Part shown: piece after piece, positions 26,033 to 39,500 of the stretch
Numbering within the stretch: the first letter of the stretch is position 1
Layout of the letters: every line of letters begins with the position of its first letter
Source of the DNA: Gordius albopunctatus
Lineage: Eukaryota
NCBI GenBank assembly: GCA_964276515.1
Contig: OZ193909.1
Span: forward strand, 1,674,001-1,738,000
Direction of reading: 5' to 3'
Length of the DNA stretch: 64,000 nucleotides
Made by a program: the position numbers and the translations under genes
Notes under the pieces: generated by a model
Seen by the model: only the letters and a program-made list of their open reading frames with translations
Told to the model about the DNA's origin: nothing
Database searches by the model: none

Positions 26033-29000
26033 TCTATATATATAAAGTAAAGTATATATATATGTGTGTGTATGTATGTAAGGGCTAAATTCGGAAACTA
26101 CTGGCCCGATTCGCGCGAAAATTTAACCATAGATGCCAAGGGCGGCGAGGGGTAAAATAGCTTTTTCAGAATCCTAAAATTCCTTTTAGTTTTAAAAAAT
26201 GGCTTAATTCTAAAACTACCAAACTTAAATTTGCAGATCTATATTACACCTGGAATCTTTCTTTGGCTTCCATATTGATTTGCCACTTTTTTACACGCTA
26301 TTCAATGTTTTCAAACAAATATTTTAACAATTCGATACAGAGATGGCGCTGATCACCTGGAACTTTTTTAACCCTCAAATATTTGTTATATAGGTATATG
26401 TAAAAAATGTTTATATAAAATATTAGTCATTATTTGGTTATATGTGTTGTCCGAAGTGAGGAGCCCAATTTATTTAAAGAAACTTTTTAGTAAACTTCAA
26501 AACACATCATACATTATAAAACAAAAAACTTTAAATAAGATTGTTGGGTTACTTTAAATTATATTTGTTTCATATATAACACTGATATGAACTATATATA
26601 AAGTAAGGTATATGTATTATTTATTTATAGGATTAACATATATTATTAAAAATAAATATTAGACTTATACATTTTATATATTGAAATGTAGCACGAATTT
26701 TATCACGTCATGGATTTTATGAACCCACTATTTTTAATATCCCGGCAAACGTTGTTTTGTCATATACATTATGTCTGACAAATTAACTAACTTACTATAA
26801 GTGTGTGGGGATATTTTTTGCAGAAGTTTTATCTAAATTGTAGTGTTATTTTTACAATCAATGGAAAGTAAACGTAAATAACTAATTGCAGGTAAGGAGT
26901 TTGTCGAATTTTTTATTTATTGTTTCCTGGGGGGTTGTTACTCTACGGGTTATATTTTCTTAACCACTCTTAAATAATACCTTTTTTATCATTCGCATCA
27001 CTTTGTTATATATGGAAAAATTAAGACAGAGTTACCGTGGATAAATTTTAGCTTTAGCGCCATCTGTACATACTATAAAAATTTTTAAAAATATTTTTAA
27101 AAAAAGGTAAAAAATTTAATAGGAAAATTTAAAACTACCAAATATTTTTTTTAAAAACTAAACTGATAAAACTGGCAACAAAAAGGGCAAGAATTAAAGA
27201 AATTATGTTGTGTTGTTACTTAAGTAAGCATCATTATTTTTAGTAGGATTCTAAATGTATATCGTTACACATTTACTTTAAAGTTTTTTGTTTCCTTTCA
27301 CCATAATGAGAAGTAGAAACACGCAATTATGTTGTGTTGTTACTTAAGTAAGCATCATTTGGGACGTATGTATACAATCCATCCCAATCAGGCCGAATGT
27401 TTTTATTTGCGCATGCTATTTCACAATTTCCGAGGCCCGACATCATTTCAGGCTCTGAAAACGATCTCAGACAGGGTTTGCGCCACGTATAGACAAGCCT
27501 GTCTTGAACTCCAGCTGCTGGAAAATGACCAGCATTGGGATACGACCTTAGAGGAAGCGTCGCTCATATGTCTCCCCCACCAACTCCGTAATTTATTTGC
27601 GATCATTGTGACCACCTGCGCCCCGTCAAATCCAACAGACCTGTAGCACCGGCACAAGGAAAGCCTCAGCGAGGACGTTCTTTTGCGCATTCGGAGAGCA
27701 AATCCGACATTAGATATATCCTATTCCGATGACATCTTCAACCGTTCTCTTATATTATTGGAGAACCAATGTATGTCCATAAGCAATAAAATGCTATGCC
27801 AATTTGGTTTACCTGCACCCCTCCGCACCAGCCATGATGTACAACCGAAAGACGTATGGCTCGAACTGCAATACGATGTTACCCATGAGCGCAGCATTAT
27901 ACAGGAACGCGAACTAATTTTGACCGTCGACCAGAAAACCGCGTACGACACAGTACTGCAGTACGCGGCAACCAGTAGCGGCGGTCTGCTTTTCCTTGAT
28001 GTTTCCGGCGACACTGTTAAAACTTTTCTCCTTAATCTTTTACTGGCAAAATTTTGCGCCAATAACGAGCTAGCCCTAGCCGTCGCATCATCGGGTATAG
28101 CGGCGACGTTACTCGATGGAGGCCGCACGGCGCATTCTACTTTCCAGCTCCCCTTAAATCTGCATCAGATTGAAAAACCTACCTTTAATATCAGTCGGAA
28201 CTCGGGAATTGGGGCAGTCCTAAAGACATGCTCAATCATAATTTGGGATGAATGTACGATGGCGCATAAAAAAGCGCTCGAGGCACTAGATCGTACTCTA
28301 AGAGATTTGCGGAAAATTGACTTCCCTATGGGGGGGATTTATTGTTGCTAGCCGGTGATTTTCGACAAACATTACCTGTTATCCCAACCCCAAGAGCAAC
28401 ACCGGCTGATGAGCTGGATGCCTGCCTGAAGGCGTCACATCTTTGGTGGAAGTTTACGATTCTCACGCTTACTACGAACACGCGCGTGCATTTACTCCCG
28501 GATACGTCTTTATTTGCACAACAATTACTAGCTTTGGGGAACGGTACCTTTCCATTTACCCCGTCTCCAAAGGAAAGCTCCTTTCCAACAACCTTTTGTC
28601 ACCTACTGCCATCTCCTGAGGCTGTTCAAACTATGGTGTTCCCCGACATTGCAACGCACTACACCAATCACACATGGCTCCGGGACCGCGCTATATTAGC
28701 GCCAACAAATACAGTCGTCACACGTATGAATGATCGTATTCAAGTGCACATTCCAGGTGATACTTTTACTTACAGCTCTATTGATACGGTTATAGAAACT
28801 GATCAAACTGTAAATTATCCAGTTGAATTTTTGAATTCTTTAACACCTTCGGGTCTCCCACCACATAAATTAACCTTGAAACCTGGTTGCCCTATAATAA
28901 TCCTGCGTAACTTACATCCTCCGAGGCAGGCGCGTAGCCAAGGGGGCAGAAAACGGGAATTTTCTGGCCCCTTGACCAAAATTTAAAATTTTTTTTGAAG

Positions 29001-29890
29001 CTCCATGTCCTTTTTTAAGGTATAAAATCGATAGTAAATGCTCTGATTAATGAAGAAAGGAGATTTTTCCAAAGCTGGTTATATAGCGCCTTGAAGTTTC
29101 GCCTATATAGTACGCGAAGTTTACTTTTGTTACATTATAAATAAAAGTGTCGAAATTTTTTTTGCATTTTTCTTCCCCCTTGAGAAAATCCTGGCTACGC
29201 GCCTGCTCCGAGGTTGTGTAAAGGCACCAGACCTGCCGTAAAACAACTGCGTCCAAATGTTATTGCGGCTACTATAATCAGAGGAACGTATAAAGACGAG
29301 GACGTGAGGATCCCTACCGATGTGCCCTTTGAATTCAAGCGCGTACAGTTTCCTGTACGCCTAGCATTCGCAATGACAATCAATAAAGCCCAGGGTCAAT
29401 CATTAACTGTTGTTGGCTTAAATCTAGAAAATCCATGTTTTTCTCATGGCCAACTATATGTAGCCTGCTCCCGTGTAGGCACACCTATCAACCTATTTAT
29501 TTTCGCCCCGGAGGGTAAAAACAAAAATGTTGTATATCCTATGGCCTTGCAATGATCCGGTGATGGCATTTGATGCCATATTTCCACATAAACCAAGGAA
29601 CCGCTACTTCGTTTCACACCCGTCACCACCAGGTACCTTTCGTGTTATATTTTTTGCTACATCGATATGCATATTTCCATAGTCCCGTATTGGAAAATAC
29701 CACCAGTATTTATCTCTCCAATCAACTAAAATCTTTTTACCCAGCTTCGACTCAAACGGCCCTCCGGGAAAAACTGTCCCTAGCCTAGGCCACGTTTTAC
29801 CTCCTCGCTTTCCCCGCTAACGTGCCAGTAAATTATTTCATATATGACCCCATTTTACATAAGTCTTATTAATAGGCCGGGCACAGCTCG
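26033..29890 (+). mobile_element. Degenerate Helitron (Pif1-type helicase region 27360-29555)
   Basis: 5' A|TC start; 3' GCCGGGCACAGCTCG|T (CTAG-like); ASSGIAATLL.GGRTAHS, WDECTM, GDFRQTLPV, QFPVRLAFAMTINKAQGQS, FSHGQLYVACSRV; contains stops and frameshifts. Confidence 0.92.
28927..29205. mobile_element. MITE (CAGGCGCGTAGCCA ends) inserted in the Helitron helicase
   Basis: 14-bp TIR, perfect TSD CTCCGAGG; removing it restores LRNLHPPRLCKGTR. Confidence 0.93.
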
Positions 29891-30007
29891 TATCATATAT
29901 AGTATAACAAATATTTATTAACTACGATAATTATAGGGATTATTCATTAACCAGCATAAAAGTGGGATGAATCTAATTTGGCCTTATATATAACAATCCT
30001 TAACAAG

Positions 30008-30310
30008 GGCATACTGCTGAGCTCTAATAGGAGCGAAAATTTTATTTATCTGTAATCATTTTCGAGTGATTAACGAAAAAGATAGGTCTATATAGCCAAA
30101 TTAGTCTCTAGTTTAACCCTATAGATGGGGCTAATATGCCTATCTCGATTTGAATGTGACTAGAAAATCAACTATGGCATATTGATGAGCTCTAATAGGA
30201 GCGAAAACGTTATATGTATGTTATTATTTTCGAGTCACATGTTATAAAATATAACGATATATAGTCAAGTTAATCTCTAAATTAAAATAGCCTATAGATG
30301 GCGCTAATTA
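30008..30310. repeat. Diverged tandem duplication, ~170-bp unit x2
   Basis: TGAGCTCTAATAGGAGCGAAAA ... CCTATAGATGG occurs twice. Confidence 0.7.
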
Positions 30311-33300
30311 GATTAAACTTTAAGTTAATTGCGGCGCTCCTAAATCGGGTTATTATTACCTTCTTCGAAAGATTTATTGTAAATTAAACAAATCAATTCA
30401 CTAATTATATTATTTAAACCTCGAACTGAGATTGATTGGCCAATATCGGAACTAGGACGTATTGATTGCTAAACTTAACAGAATGACTAAGTACATTATG
30501 TTATTCTAATCAAATAATCTTTATTATAACCCAAACAAAGTGATTCAAGTGAATCTTTATTAATTTTTCTAGATGACAAAACAAAACGCGCGATTAAACA
30601 TTTGCAGCGAAGATGTAGTAATAAAACATAGGAATAGATATGTGACGAACATAAATGGGATGGAGTAACGTAATCCTGTAGTTACGTCATGGAATGTAGT
30701 GAGGAGAAGAATTCAATGTAGTTAGAGAATCATGTGCCACGTCTACGAATTGTCAATTGGCTACCTAATGTCGCCAATGTCCAAACACTACAATGTCTTT
30801 CTCGATAAAGGAGATGGTTACTGTTATAGACTGCGTATCAGAGGTTATTCAAATTATTACTTTTGACATTCTCAATATTTTTTAGTTAAAAGTTTATTGA
30901 TATATATCTGATCCATGAGCGTAGCCAAAGAGGGGGGGGGCGACTACCACTCTCTTAATCCAAAAATTTATTAAAACTATGGTTAAACAATCAAAAAGTC
31001 ATTATTATGCTCCTCCTTAAATAATTATTGCTCCTCTCTAATTCCAATGGATCTCATCATAATATTGAACAATTATATTTTAATAATATAAAAAACGTTA
31101 TACGAGTAATTTGTCATCATCATCCTCAGAGGCCAGAAATCCAAAAAAGATTTAAGATCTAATGTTGCGATTAAAATTGTTATTGATTGTTTCAAAAACA
31201 ATGGTGGGGAATATTTAAAGTGATGGGAACGCCTGCCTATTTCTAAGATCCTGAAGAGGAGGTAACTATTGAAATAAAAATACTAGACTCCAAGAGGGAC
31301 TTGTATATTTTGAGCTTGTGTTCTTCAGCGAGGGCCAAGGGGTAATTTAGATTAAAGGGGCAAATAAGTCAATGCATGCAAAATATCATTTTAAAAGAAG
31401 ACCTTTTCCCCGTGGGACTAGCGGGAAGTATCTGGCGGTTCGAGTATGGATGGAATTAAGGTCGTCTGAGTCATTGCTCTTAATTATATTAATTATAATA
31501 GACATATGAAATTTTTTGAATAAGATACCATTAATCTGATAGTATATAAGTAATACAAATAGTAGGAGGAGATCGGATAATAAAATAAACATTACATTCT
31601 ATAAAAAAACTAACTTGAAACAAAAATAAAGTTTTATATATATGTATGTTATATCAAATAAGTTATATAAAAATATGAATATTTTTACTTTGTAATAGCC
31701 TTATTTAATTGTCAAAATTAAGGGGTGAACTTGGCTATTCATTTCTATTAAAAAATTATATTGCCCATGTAGTGTTTCGATCGCGTCTCGGTCTCGAAAG
31801 CAAAATCTCGTTTTGTCTCTAGTGCAATTATGAGAATCTCGTCTCGGCCTATAAAAATTTCGGTTTCGTCTTAAAACCTTTTTATGTTATCTTCTTTTTC
31901 TCCTAATTTAATCAAATTATTAGGAAATAAAAAAACATATCAAAATCAAGGCGAACCATTTTTTATTCAAAAACCTTTATAAACATATCATATAAATATC
32001 TGAACTAGCTGGAATCCTTAGTTAGCATTGGCAAAAATAAGTGATGCCTTTAGGTGATTAATATAAGACAAGAGTCATATAACAGTCATCACTCTTTCCT
32101 AGAGTTTATTCCATTATTATTATATTGTTAGAAAAAAGTTTAAAATGTACGAGTGAATATTTTTTATCATTATCCAAAACATAAGTAAATTATTGCACAC
32201 ATTACAAGATAAAAATATCATTAATAGTGGAATTGTTGCTGAAATAGGAACATAAGAATGTTGAGGTTTTAATAAAGTGCACATATATAGTTTAATTATA
32301 AATTCTTTATTTAAAAAGTAAAAGATTCTATTATAGTATAAAAGCCCATATTATGCCCCAAAATATTTAATTGATTTAGTTATATAATTTAGCCATCAAA
32401 TAATTTTTAATTATAAAGCTTATGCTCATATATTCTAATGCCGTGCAAAATCGCAGAGAGCTGATTAAGGATTACAGGCTAACCCTTTCTTTATATTTGG
32501 GAGGGTAAGGTAAATGGCAAAACAAATGCACAATGTTTTCTTATTTAGGAATTTCAGAGGTTTACCACGACTTCAAGCATAATAACTCCTGTCTTGATTT
32601 ATTCCAATGCTTTATAGGGCAATGGTTCGTCAGCCACATAAGTGGCTGGGGTGCTTTAGGCAAATTTATATATTATGATTATTTAACCACCGATTCTAAA
32701 TATCATCATAAATAGGATGATGTAATTGTGGAAAAATTTGAATATGTCTTAGAAGTATTCACTACCTCATAAGAACTCATTTTAAGTTTATGTTTTTATT
32801 ATATAATAATGCTAGAAATATAAATATGCAATAAATAAATAAATTTATTATCATACCCTAAGAGCCACTTCTATTTTAATCAACAGCAATAATTCTTCAA
32901 ATTTAAATTTTTGTACATTACTTAATATCCAAGAAAATTCCACCTGTTTCGGAAGAGCGCTTTAATTTTTTTTAAAGCAAAATCGCGGAGTATAAAAAAT
33001 TGTTTTGGATTGCTTATAAATTCATTGTATTGCTTATCAATCCAGCCCTTTTTTTCTGTGTGAGAATTTAAAGCAAATGGTAATGCAAATTATATTGTCT
33101 ACAAACAACGAGTATCAATTTATTTTAATTTAAAATAAACACAAGGAGCATTTTCTTTATGTTGTTAATTTAATAAACATTTAATAATACAAAAAATACA
33201 TTTAATTAAAAAACGTCCTATTACAAAGTCTTATTAAAATTTAGTGTAATGTTAATATCAATTTTACATTTATTTATATTTTTGGCTTGGTGATTTTATA

Positions 33301-33558
33301 AAGCAGAGGTTATCTTAATCCATATGTTCAATGCATTTATCTTGAGGCATTCATCCTTCATGATTTTATTTTCAAATATAAAGGTGCCCCCGTTTTTTTT
33401 AAATAAATGCTTTTGCTATTTTGCGATCATTATATCAAGTTCGTATAAATTTACATAGAATATTATGTATTATAAGTTTAAATAAGTGGGTCTATATAAT
33501 ATATAACTCATAAAATTTTCCTAGCATCTAGATTAGCTTTTTACTATCAACTTATTAG

Positions 33559-36500
33559 GAAATCTTTTTATATATAGTGTATGGAGCCTTCTGGGCTGTA
33601 TTTCAAGATAGAGTGTTACCTGGCACAAATCTTTTTAGCTTTATTATATTGTTCTTAGCATGCTATTTCCTTGGAGAGTTGTCTCAAGTCATTGGATTTC
33701 CACCACTCTTAGGTTTGAACTCTTATATTTCATATTATATGATAATAATAAATTTTTCACAATATTTATAAATATGTAGGTATGCTGGTAGCTGGCATTT
33801 TGTTGGGAAATGTTGAGGCTATAAATATTGCAAGGCATATAAATTTGAGGTGGAGTGTTCTTATCAAGTAAGAATACCTTTAAATTTATTTGAATAACTA
33901 TAATCATTTAAAAGTTAATTTAAAAGAACACTTTTCAAATTTTACTTTTATAAATTTTGGTCAAAAATTATTTTTATAAAGTATAAAAAGGGTGTCAAAA
34001 TGGTCTTTAAAGTCATTAACCATAACAAAAAAAAATTAGCTCAACTATTACTTGAAACTTAACTAATTATAATTTGTCCCTTTTGAATAAAGACTATAAA
34101 AAAAAATAAATCTTACCACAAAAATAATTTGAGATTGATAAAAACAAGGTTTTCTGAAACAATCTTATATATTTTGAGAAGTTCTATTAACATCATAAAT
34201 TATAAATTTTGAAAATTATTAGTGAGTTAGGATATACCTCTAGATGCTACATAATATTTATAAAAGTCACATTTATTAAAGTTTTAATTTTACTAGGGTA
34301 GTAATTTTTTGCCTTTTCAAAAGGTTTTTAAATAAATTTGATTTTTAGTTTTTTGCAAGTGTGTTTTTTGAAAATTTGCTATAAATTCATAAAATATAAG
34401 TAATAAAGATTGCTCATTAAGTTTTCAAATATCTATTTTAATATATATATTTAATCTGTGATAAAGTATCTAAATATTTTATAACAATTAATCAGGAGCC
34501 TGTCATTGGTTATAATTTTGATCCATGGTGGTTTGGAGTGTGATACTAAAGTGTTAGTCAGATTAAAAGGATTAATTATGAGGCTAGCTTGTGTGCCTTG
34601 TATTGGAGAAGCCATTGCTATAGCCATTGTTTCCCATTACATTATCGCTTTTCCTTGGGCTTGGGCCTTTGTTTTAGGGTAAACATGTCATCTCTATAAA
34701 ATTTATATTATTTCGATAAAATATTGACAAAAAATACATTTATTTATAGATAGGGTTTCACAAACCTTTATTTTTTTTACAGAATTTAAACATTTATTGT
34801 TAGAATTTATATTCAAATTTATTTTAAAAAATAGATTGAATATTATAATTAATGTTTTTTACAGGTTTGTATTAACTCCCCTCTCTCCAGCTGTGATAGT
34901 ACCACAATTAATAAAATTGCAGGAAGAGGGGCATGGAGTAGATAAAGGAATTCCCACCTTGATATTAGCTGCATCTAGCATAGATGGCACCATTGCTATC
35001 ATGGGATTTGCTATATTCCAAGAAATAGCATTACCTACTAATCAGCATAGTATAATAAATATGTAATTTTGTTTCAATAACTTTCATTATTTGACTTATA
35101 ATGTTCATATAAGCGTTATGAGCATCTGTCTTTGAATTTTTTTTAATAAATATGTTTTTAATTAAAAAGATAAAGCATATATCTCGTAAAATAAATAAAT
35201 AAAGGCAAGGATAAGCTTAAATATATTTTTAAATTGTTTAAATGAATATATATATATTATATGGATGGTTTAAATATGAGTTTATTTTTCGTCTGCTTAC
35301 AAATTGGAAGAATAGAATGGTGATTGTTAAATTCAATACATTGTAGCCTTATAATTTATTGTGTTTAACATAGACATTAGTAAACCTCTGTATTTATAAA
35401 TTTTTATATTATAGGAAATGAAATTGAAGTATTTTAAAAATTTGTGTATATAAATCTTAATTCTATTTTTTAGAGAGCCTGGTTTATACCGGCTTACATG
35501 CTCCCTTGGAACTCATTATTGGCTTGGTTTATGGTTTCACCTTGGGCATTTTATTCTGGCACATTCCTAGTTCTACCATGGTAATATCTATTCACCGCTT
35601 GACTTTATTTTGCAATTCACTTTTTATGCTTAAGTCCTTTTTTTGCATATCCAGCCAATGTTGGCAAACCAGCTTTTAGTCGGATCATTTTTAAATAAGT
35701 TTTACTTAGCCTTTTAGGCAAATGATAAAACAAATTATTGATATTTATCTTCATTTTTCATTGCTCATATGCCATTATTAATTTATGTTGGAGAAATTTT
35801 AATAACTTTTTCTCAAATGTTTAGTTGATTTTACATTCGCCGACGGCTAAATCGTGTGTGACTATTACATTTTTGGCCACACCACTTTAATCTTAAAAAG
35901 CGTCACTTTTGGATTCAAGTTTTGGAAAATATGAAATCTTAAAGTCAATTAAATTTATTCTGTCAAGTCAATTATTTTTTTAATATGGCTTACCTTTTCA
36001 TAATAGCACGAAAAAATATATCAGGGTAATTTATTGAAAAATTAAAATAAAAACTATTTAGTCCCTAGAAATGGACTTCATATGCATTTTAATCTCATTT
36101 TAACATTCACAAATTGTCTTTTAAATTTTAATTATTTAATTAAACTGGAAAATAATAATTAAAAGTATACGTATAAATAATTTTTTTAACAAAGGCAGAA
36201 CCTTATAGATCTCGCGTCCGATTTACCTTGCTTTCGACAGCTGGAATTTTCGGAGTTTTTGGAGGAAAAGTTTTTACTTTTTCCGGAGCTGGGGCCTTGG
36301 GCACTTTGTGCGTTACCCTCGTAGCTAACTACGGATGGTTCAAACGCGGAAATAAACCTAAGGTTTGATCTGTAAAAATCGCTATATTTTATGAATTAAA
36401 TCAAATATTTTAATTTTTGTCAGATTTATTTTTTATTTTTAACGTTTTTATGAATTGCCCGTAGAACGTGATAAGTCGACACTATACCTTTTTGTGGAAC

Positions 36501-39500
36501 TTTTTCCAGCCGTTATTGTTTGGCCTGATTGGTAGCCAGATGGACATCGATTCGATACAACCCAATTTTGTAGGTCCGTTTGCAAGTTTAAAGTACTTTT
36601 AATTATGTGCGTCTAAATGCAAAAAAAATTGTTGAAATTTATAAAAATTATAGCTAAGAAAGATTTCAAAAAGTGTTCATTTTGTGCCTCCCTAAACCCT
36701 CTATTTCCTAGAGTTGTTAAATTGCTAACTTTCTTCAACTCCAGCTACCATCTGCTCGAGTTTCTGCTCGGCCCCCGAGCATTTTTGTATGCTACTGCTC
36801 CGCCTAGTGCACCAGACAGCGAGCACATATTGTGCTAACGCGCATATTAAGCAACTCAGTGTGCGTTAGAGGTGTGCACGGATCAATCCGATCCGACATC
36901 CGATCTGATCCGTCAAAACTTGGATCGGATCGGATTTAGATTTTAAAAAACTCGGATCGGATCGGATGGATATGAAATTTTTCAAAAACCCCTCGGATCG
37001 GATCAATCCGATCCGACATCCGATCTGATCCGTCAAAACTCGGATTGGATCGGATTTAGATTTTAAAAAACTCGGATCGGATGGATATGAAATTTTTCAA
37101 AAACCCCTCGGATCGGATCGGATCAAAAAAATATGATCCATGCACACCTCTAATACACACTAGAGGTGTGCACGGATCAATCCGATCCGACATCCGATCT
37201 GATCCGTCAAAACTCGGATCGGATTGGATTTAGATTTTAAAAAACTCGGATCGGATCGAATGGATATGAAATTTTTCAAAAACCCCTCGGATCGGATCAA
37301 AAAAATATGATCCATGCACACCTCTAATACACACTAGAGGTGTGCACGGATCAATCCGATCCGACATCCGATCTGATCCGTCAAAACTCGGATCGGATCG
37401 GATTTAGATTTTAAAAAACTCGGATCGGATCGGATGGATATGAAATTTTTCAAAAACCCCTCGGATCGGATCAATCCGATCCGACATCCGATCTGATCCG
37501 TCAAAACTCGGATCGGATCGGATTTAGATTTTAAAAAACTCGGATCGGATCGGATGGATATGAAATTTTTCAAAAACCCCTCGGATCGGATCGGATCAAA
37601 AAAATATGATCCATGCACACCTCTAATACACACTAGAGGTGTGCACGGATCAATCCGATCCGACATCCGATCTGATCCGTCAAAACTCGGATCGGATCGG
37701 ATTTAGATTTTAAAAAACTCGGATCGGATCGGATGGATATGAAATTTTTCAAAAACCCCTCGGATCGGATCGGATCAAAAAAATATGATCCATGCACACC
37801 TCTAATACACACTAGAGGTGTGCACGGATCAATCCGATCCGACATCCGATCTGATCCGTCAAAACTTGGATCGGATCGGATTTAGATTTTAAAAAACTCG
37901 GATCGGATCGGATGGATATGAAATTTTTCAAAAACCCCTCGGATCGGATCAAAAAAAATGATCCATGCACACCTCTAGTGTGCGTGCTCGCGTCTGGAGT
38001 TTGATGAAAGTTAGCAATTTAACAACTCTACTATTTCCAATGCGGGCTTAATAACAGAAATTATAAATCTTAGCAGTTTTCCTACACATTTTTATCCTTA
38101 TTTTTAGCATAGAGACTACATTGACTGCTCATGTCGTATGTTTCATATATGGTAAAATGTGTGTACCATTAAATCAGCCACCATTTTGAACGGTGTTGTA
38201 CCTGCCTCATTGTTAAAACGGAAAAAGTGATTAGTTCATAAATGCAAACGAACGTTAAAAAATGATTTTTTCCATAAAATGCAGATGCCACGAAATATCA
38301 TCAAAGTTTTTTTTTATTTTTATGGATTTTATAAGTGATATATATTTTAAAATCTTATTTTTAATGTTTAAATGGTTCAATATTTTTTTATTAAGCTTTT
38401 AAAACACAATAATTAACCAAAATTACTATAAGCTATATATCCTTACTTTATTAGTGCGCATTTCAAAATGGCAGAAAAACGGTTCACTCATTTAAAGCTG
38501 ATGAGCAGTCTATCTATTCAATTGATTTAGTTTCAATCATTTCATTTTCTAAAATGACATTGTACCAAATGTTTTTTTTATTGTTTTTCGGCATAACAAA
38601 TCATATTTTTGCAAATTTATCGAGTCCCAAGACCATTATATAAATATGTTATTTTTGAAAAATGTTGTTTTTTCCACGATTTATTTATATATTTATTTTA
38701 TTGCTTTACTACAGGATATTGCGTTTTGATTCTACTGATCGGTTTGTGTTTTCGCGTCTCCCTCGCCATCCTCTGCGTGTTTGGTATCGGATTTAATTGG
38801 AAGGAAAAAGTTTTCGTAGGGCTATCTTGGATCCCCAAAGCCACCGTTCAAGTATAAACGACGTTAATATGAGCAAAATTTATTTAATATAATTTTAGTT
38901 TGAACGTTTTAAATTTATCTTTTTCCTTATTATTATTATTATAAATTAAGGTATAATATTTAGGTAATTTTTACGTTAAAATTATCTTTTTTTTTCAAAT
39001 TTAATCCGGCCCGATTGTTTGGAACGAAGGCAATATGTTATTTTTGGCGAGTCAACTATTAGAGACTTTCAAAGTCACTTTTTCAACCCGAACCCAACCC
39101 AAAGCATTTTAAATTCGACCCAAAGACATTTCCTCTCCTCGTGTCCGTGTCAGCTTGGGTTTCTGATTACCCGTGCAGGGCTCTATTAACCAGACCTAGA
39201 ATCCAGACTTTTGGCTCAAGATATTGGACTAATAATAAAAATTTCTAAAATGTATTGTTTCCCTCAAAAATTTTAATTGCTTTTTTAGTCCAAGCTGAAA
39301 TTCTCGACCTTGCAAAATTTTACTCAGACCCAGTGTGCCAAATAAATTTCATATAAAAAGTTTTATCCTTTTACTCACAGGCAGCCATAGGTTCTCTAGC
39401 ACTCGACTCCGCCATAAGCCACCACCTTTCGGAATACTACGTCAACCTAGGTCGTATGGTATGTATTAAGATTGCTTAAATTTAGGGAAGTTGTATTATT

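Noticed and set aside
32533..32715. Possible upstream NHA exon
   Set aside because: Would need a GC donor and its phase does not match the 33559 acceptor; left unassigned
36867..37977. CRISPR-like appearance and the repeated ORFs MSDRIDPCTP...
   Set aside because: Spacers are identical 8-mers, the units are TIR elements and no cas genes are present; the ORFs are by-products of the repeat
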